64,000 nt of DNA from Tubulanus polymorphus (taxonomy: Eukaryota; Animalia; Nemertea). Of this stretch, positions 59,278 to 64,000 are shown piece after piece. How positions within the stretch are numbered: the first letter of the stretch is position 1; every line of letters begins with the position of its first letter. Below the pieces are notes generated by a model. That model did not search any database, had not been told where the DNA came from, and saw nothing but the letters and a program-made list of their open reading frames with translations. The position numbers and the translations under genes are program-made. The stretch spans positions 19,874,150 through 19,938,149 of the forward strand of contig NC_134026.1 in assembly GCF_964204645.1 (NCBI RefSeq), given 5' to 3'.

Positions 59278-60570
59278 CACAGGGACTTGTCACGACTGAT
59301 AATGGATGAGACCAATGATGGGGGTACCAGTATCCCTGCAACTGTATAATAAAATAACAAGGGTGGCAACAAATTTTCAATCTGACAATGACTTCTCCAC
59401 TTCAATCGACTGTAATTCCAAAAATTCTCAACCGATTCACATGAAATAAGCTTTAATACAACCTAGAAGACTTTCTGCTTCGAACGAGCCTACAACCACC
59501 ACTCTCCGACAATTATCTCACAACGAAATCACCTTTTTTGACGAGAGATAGCTCAAAATGGAGGTGTACCGATTCTATGGTGGACAGCAAAATGGTCGTT
59601 TTTTTCAATTCAAACGATGATTTCTATGTGAGATCTTAGAGAAAACCCCAACAAACCATACATTTTTTAAAACTACGCGGTCATACCTGTACGCTTATCT
59701 CATTTATTTGTATAATCCACGCGATGGGTGAGCTCACAAGCTCAAAATCGAAAATGAGGACGAACACGGCGTTCAACTTGTCAGCAACTGGGCGGCCATT
59801 AATCACGTGATATCGTAGTAACGGGCTAAATATTTCACGCGCATTGATTGGCTTAGAGATTTCGAAAAACATTACAAAATTTATTAAAAGTTCTGTTAAT
59901 TAATAAAATATCCGTATTATGAAAATATAGTGCAACATTCGTCTGAGGGGTGGTATTATTAGCAAACATTTCCTTTTTTCAAGTCTACAGACGTAGACTT
60001 GTCGCGGTTTTATTAACATAGCCCGAACCTGCACGTCACGTGATTAATGGCCGCCAGCGCGATAGTGCGAGGTGACTTTTTCGTATATTTGTTCGATTTT
60101 GAGCTTGCGAGCTCACCCATCGCGTGGATTATACAAATAAATGAGATAAGCGTACGGGTATGACCGCGTAGTTTTAAAAAATGTATGGTTTGTTGGGGTT
60201 ATCTCTAAGATTTCACATAGAAATCATCGTTTGAAGTGAAAAATACGACCATTTTGCTGTCCACCATAGAATCGGTACACCTCCAATTTGAGCTATCTCT
60301 CGTCAAAAAACGGTGATTTCGTTGTGAGATAATGGTCCTAGAGTGGTGGTTAAAGGCTCGTTGGAAGCAGAAAGTCTTCTAGGTTGTATTAAAGCTTATT
60401 TCATGTGAATCGGTTGAGAATTTTTGGAATTACAGTCGATTGAAGTGGAGAAGTCATTGTCAGATTGAAAATTTGTTGCCACCCTTGTTTTTTATATTAT
60501 ACAGGGATAGTGGACCTGGTCATTGATATTGGTTTTATTCATTCACTATCAATTGTGACAAGTCCCTGTG
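59278..60570. mobile_element. 1.3-kb foldback element (P/Galileo-like) with ~530-bp arms
   Basis: 59278-59810 is inverted at 60036-60570; termini CACAGGGACTTGTCAC / GTGACAAGTCCCTGTG; exact 8-bp TSD AATTCGTC at 59270-59277 and 60571-60578. Confidence 0.92.
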
Positions 60571-62540
60571 AATTCGTCCTACCCACCTAGTCTTGTCCTA
60601 GTCCTAGATGGGCTTAGTGAAATATCCGATCGTGAAACTTAACCACAGATAGGTTACTGACTACTACCCACCCACAGGGGCTCGTATCAGAGTTGTAGGT
60701 AATGTAAATTTGATAATCTGTTAATATACCTAACCGCAATATTCAGAAAATATAGAATGTTTTGCACATTAAGCCCTCGATCATCAAAATCGGTGAAGGA
60801 TTTCGCGTCCAACTCAACATTTTAAATTTCCAATTCGGCAAAAACCGGCGTCATAGCATTTTCCGCTCCAGGCAATTTCGGCCCTAATTTCGCGTTCAAA
60901 GACATAATTCATGAACTATTATTAATCAGAAGGTATAACGGTATTAGTTTCATTAGAAGCAGCAAGCTATTAGCTTTCATATCATGGATTATTGAAATTG
61001 GATCATTAGAAATAACTAAGAAGTAAGAGACTGAAGTTGAGTAGTGTGTGAGCGTCGTTAGCCCCCTTGTTATTTTATATATACTCTATACATTGGATTA
61101 ACAGATTATCATTTTTAGCCCACTTGGGACTTAAGTCCAGCGGGCTATTGCATTCACTTTTCGTCCGTCGTCCGTTCGTCCGTCCGTAGACGGAATCCAG
61201 TTATAATGGGAAGTTTTGAGGATGCTTCAATGTAATGTCTTGATATTTGGTTTCTACCCCAGCTCAAAAACTGGCCCTGTCAAAATCAAGATGGCAGACT
61301 GGCAGCCATTGTTGTTTGCCAAAATCAGCACTTTTTACACATTTTTGTAATCAATGACTAACCCCTACTGGGGTTAGTCATTGATACCTGGTTTAATCCA
61401 TTCACTATCAATTGTGACAAGTCCCTGTGACGAAGTGGGACATCTTATCACAATTGAAAGTGGTGAAAATCAGTATAAACCCCAGTCCCTGTGTTATTGT
61501 TCCAGATCATTGAACACATTAGTCCCTGTGAATAGGCCTACAACTATTCTCTAAACACTTCCATTCTTCCATTAGATTAATTTCATGATGGCAGAGAATA
61601 GGCAGATTCGGTTTTGTTTTCATGTAATGAACTGAGGTGCGCAACTGAGGTGCATAAACTGAGTGCTCAGAATGAACCTCATCGCATCTATTTTTCACAA
61701 TTTTTCTGGGGAGGACTCCCAGACACACCCTTATGGCTTCGCCCCTTCGGCATTCACACTGTTACGGCTTTACCATCCGCGCTTTCATTTGCCCCCCCTT
61801 TTCAAAATTCTGGGTCTGCCCCTGCTTGTTGGAATTGGCTAAGGGAATTTGCTAGGCTATAGCACTTAACCCTAACCCAATAACCCTCTTACCCTCTGGA
61901 CCCTCAAACACCCTCTCGACCCAATTTTCACTCTAACCCTTTTTATCACAATTTGGCTAAATACCTCAATGTGAAATATAACTGGATTCAGTCTAATATC
62001 CAGTTCCTTTTGTGATAGTTTCCGAGGCCTTATCGTCATTAGTTCTTGAGAAGACTAAGGTGTGATATTTTGATAAGTATATCTTGTTATTTAGGCTATA
62101 GGCCTCTTTAACAAATGACAATCACACAAACTATAACTTACATAGTAATTATGGAGTCAAGATTTATTCCATATTTCTAGGACTAAGTGACACGGGATTG
62201 TGATATGGTTTGATCCAGAGAGTGAATGCACTGAATGTGTCCTGTTATCCAGTACTTCTACTACATGTAAGCTGCTAGTCTAAATACTGAATATTCATCG
62301 CTGCAACAGAATCTTCTTACCAAACATGTAAGTCGTTTCGTAAACACTTGACCAAGCTTATCGACATTGTTTATCCGTTATGCCTGTATGCATAATCACA
62401 GGAAAATCCTTGGAATGAACTCTTACAGAACCTGTGGACAAAGTTTCATAGACCAGAACCCATTTCCTCAGTTGCCGGTTAAGTTTTATTCTAAGAGTTC
62501 AGAAGAGCTCATTTCCAAAGTTTTATCTCTTTGGTTGGAT

Positions 62541-62787
62541 GGGCCAGTTCCATAGTCATGGCTTAGACTTAAGAACAGTCTAAGACCAACTTAGTTATGT
62601 AGTGCAATCTATCAACTTAAGACCGGTCTTAATATTTAAGACCACTTTTGGACTTAAGTCTCGTTGCACCGTTGTGACTTAAGTCCAAAAGTCGTAAATC
62701 TTAAGACTGGTCTTAAGTTGCTTGATTGGCTATAGAACTAAGTTGTCTTACAATGGTCAGTCTAGACCGTGACTATGCAACTGGCCC
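62541..62787. mobile_element. PIF/Harbinger MITE
   Basis: GGGCCAGTTCCATAGTCA..TGACTATGCAACTGGCCC termini; internally palindromic with CTTAAG repeats. Confidence 0.85.
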
Positions 62788-64000
62788 CTGGACTCGGGAG
62801 GTGCCAGTTCGTTGGAAAAACCATTTGTTCTGTTCATTACTGGTAGGTGTGGTGGGTTGGTAAGAGACGTCAAATCAAATCAATAGATTCATAGAAATTC
62901 TATCATAATGAGAAAAGTGTGGAATCCTATCACAAACTAGTGCTAACTCTTCCTGATAGATGGCAGCCATACTTAAAGCTTCACCATTATACCATGGAAA
63001 TGGTTGGAGTGTAAATAAATCGTAATCGTAATCGTAATCGGTGATTCCACTGGAGACGTGCACAGGGAAGCGAGTACGACAGGCAATTCAATTCACCATA
63101 GATTATCGAAACATATCCAGATACCTGGGGAATCTAATGCAACGTTATGAAGATACATGTCTCTCAAGGAGTTGACCTTTTTCCAATGATTGAAATGAAG
63201 ATTTTGTTGCACGAGGCGTATACTACATGCATTTTCAAATTTTGACATGAAATTGAATACCTGTTGATTATTTGACTAATTAATTAGTTTTTATCAATCA
63301 ACTTGTTAGCTAATGTTATCAAAAAAGAATTTGACAATGTAAATTTTTAGAAAAATCTAAGAATTTTTGATGTCAAAGTGAAATAAATTTGTTTGATAAA
63401 ACCCAATCTAACTACTTAAATAATTAGTGCTTTCTAATGAGCTTGCAGAACATTTTTAAGTTAATTGTTAGAAAGTGAAAAATTCTTTTTGTTCGATGTG
63501 GCCCGATCTACAGAAGTTTTTTCAAAACCAATTTTGAATTTTCTTGCAAAGTTTACATCAAAGCAGAAGATGCCTAGATCAATATTTTTGATGTTTGGTT
63601 CGTTGAAGACCTGATGAAAATTTTTTTTTAGAAATTTTTTTCTTGTCCTAATCAGAAGTAACTTTTTCCCATTAATTCACATTTCTAATGAATTTTACTT
63701 GATGTAGGTGTATTATTACTAACATTTTATTGATATTTATATTTTCCAAAATAAGGCTTGAGCTGATAATGCATTTATATGGTTATATCTAACAAAAAAG
63801 GCCCGAAACCACATTTAAAATCAACTCGGCTTTGGCGACTTTACTGCGCGTCGGTCAAAACAAATGGGTCTTCGGGGCAGTTTTGAAGAAACTCCCTAGC
63901 AAATGTAATTGATATAATACGAAAGTGGTGTTTGAAGTCTGAATCTGGCGTCTGATTTGCTGATGCCGTTTTCTTCTAATTCACCTGGTATTGTTCCTGA

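Noticed and set aside
62875-64000. Possible coding fragments at the window end
   Set aside because: Short, interrupted by stops, with no recognisable motif or exon chain; cannot be supported without a search.

Overview
AT-rich, intron-containing animal DNA, probably a lophotrochozoan invertebrate (inferred from gene content and Helentron/Harbinger MITE families). Most ORF-track entries are spurious. Spliced genes reconstructed by eye: two tandem, very divergent TCTP/TPT1-like paralogues (3' exons 1837-2168; complete 5-exon gene 6967-8958); a 7SL/SRP RNA copy lacking the 3' strand of helix 8 (10132-10424, -); a 10-Cys Ly6/uPAR three-finger gene with a nonsense codon and a frameshift (13281-16315, -); a two-finger C2H2 gene; a melatonin-receptor-like GPCR; ERCC6L2 (24590-46083, -) hosting an antisense 479-aa single-pass membrane ORF in a helicase-domain intron; and an RNFT1/2-type RING ligase (51616-58275, -). 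Non-autonomous DNA transposons are abundant: foldback elements with 8-bp TSDs, piggyBac, Harbinger and Tigger MITEs, and Helentron-type elements. The most notable signals are the fast-diverging TCTP pair (with a hammerhead-like motif in one intron), the 7SL variant and the nested ORF. All identities were counted by hand and no database searches were run.
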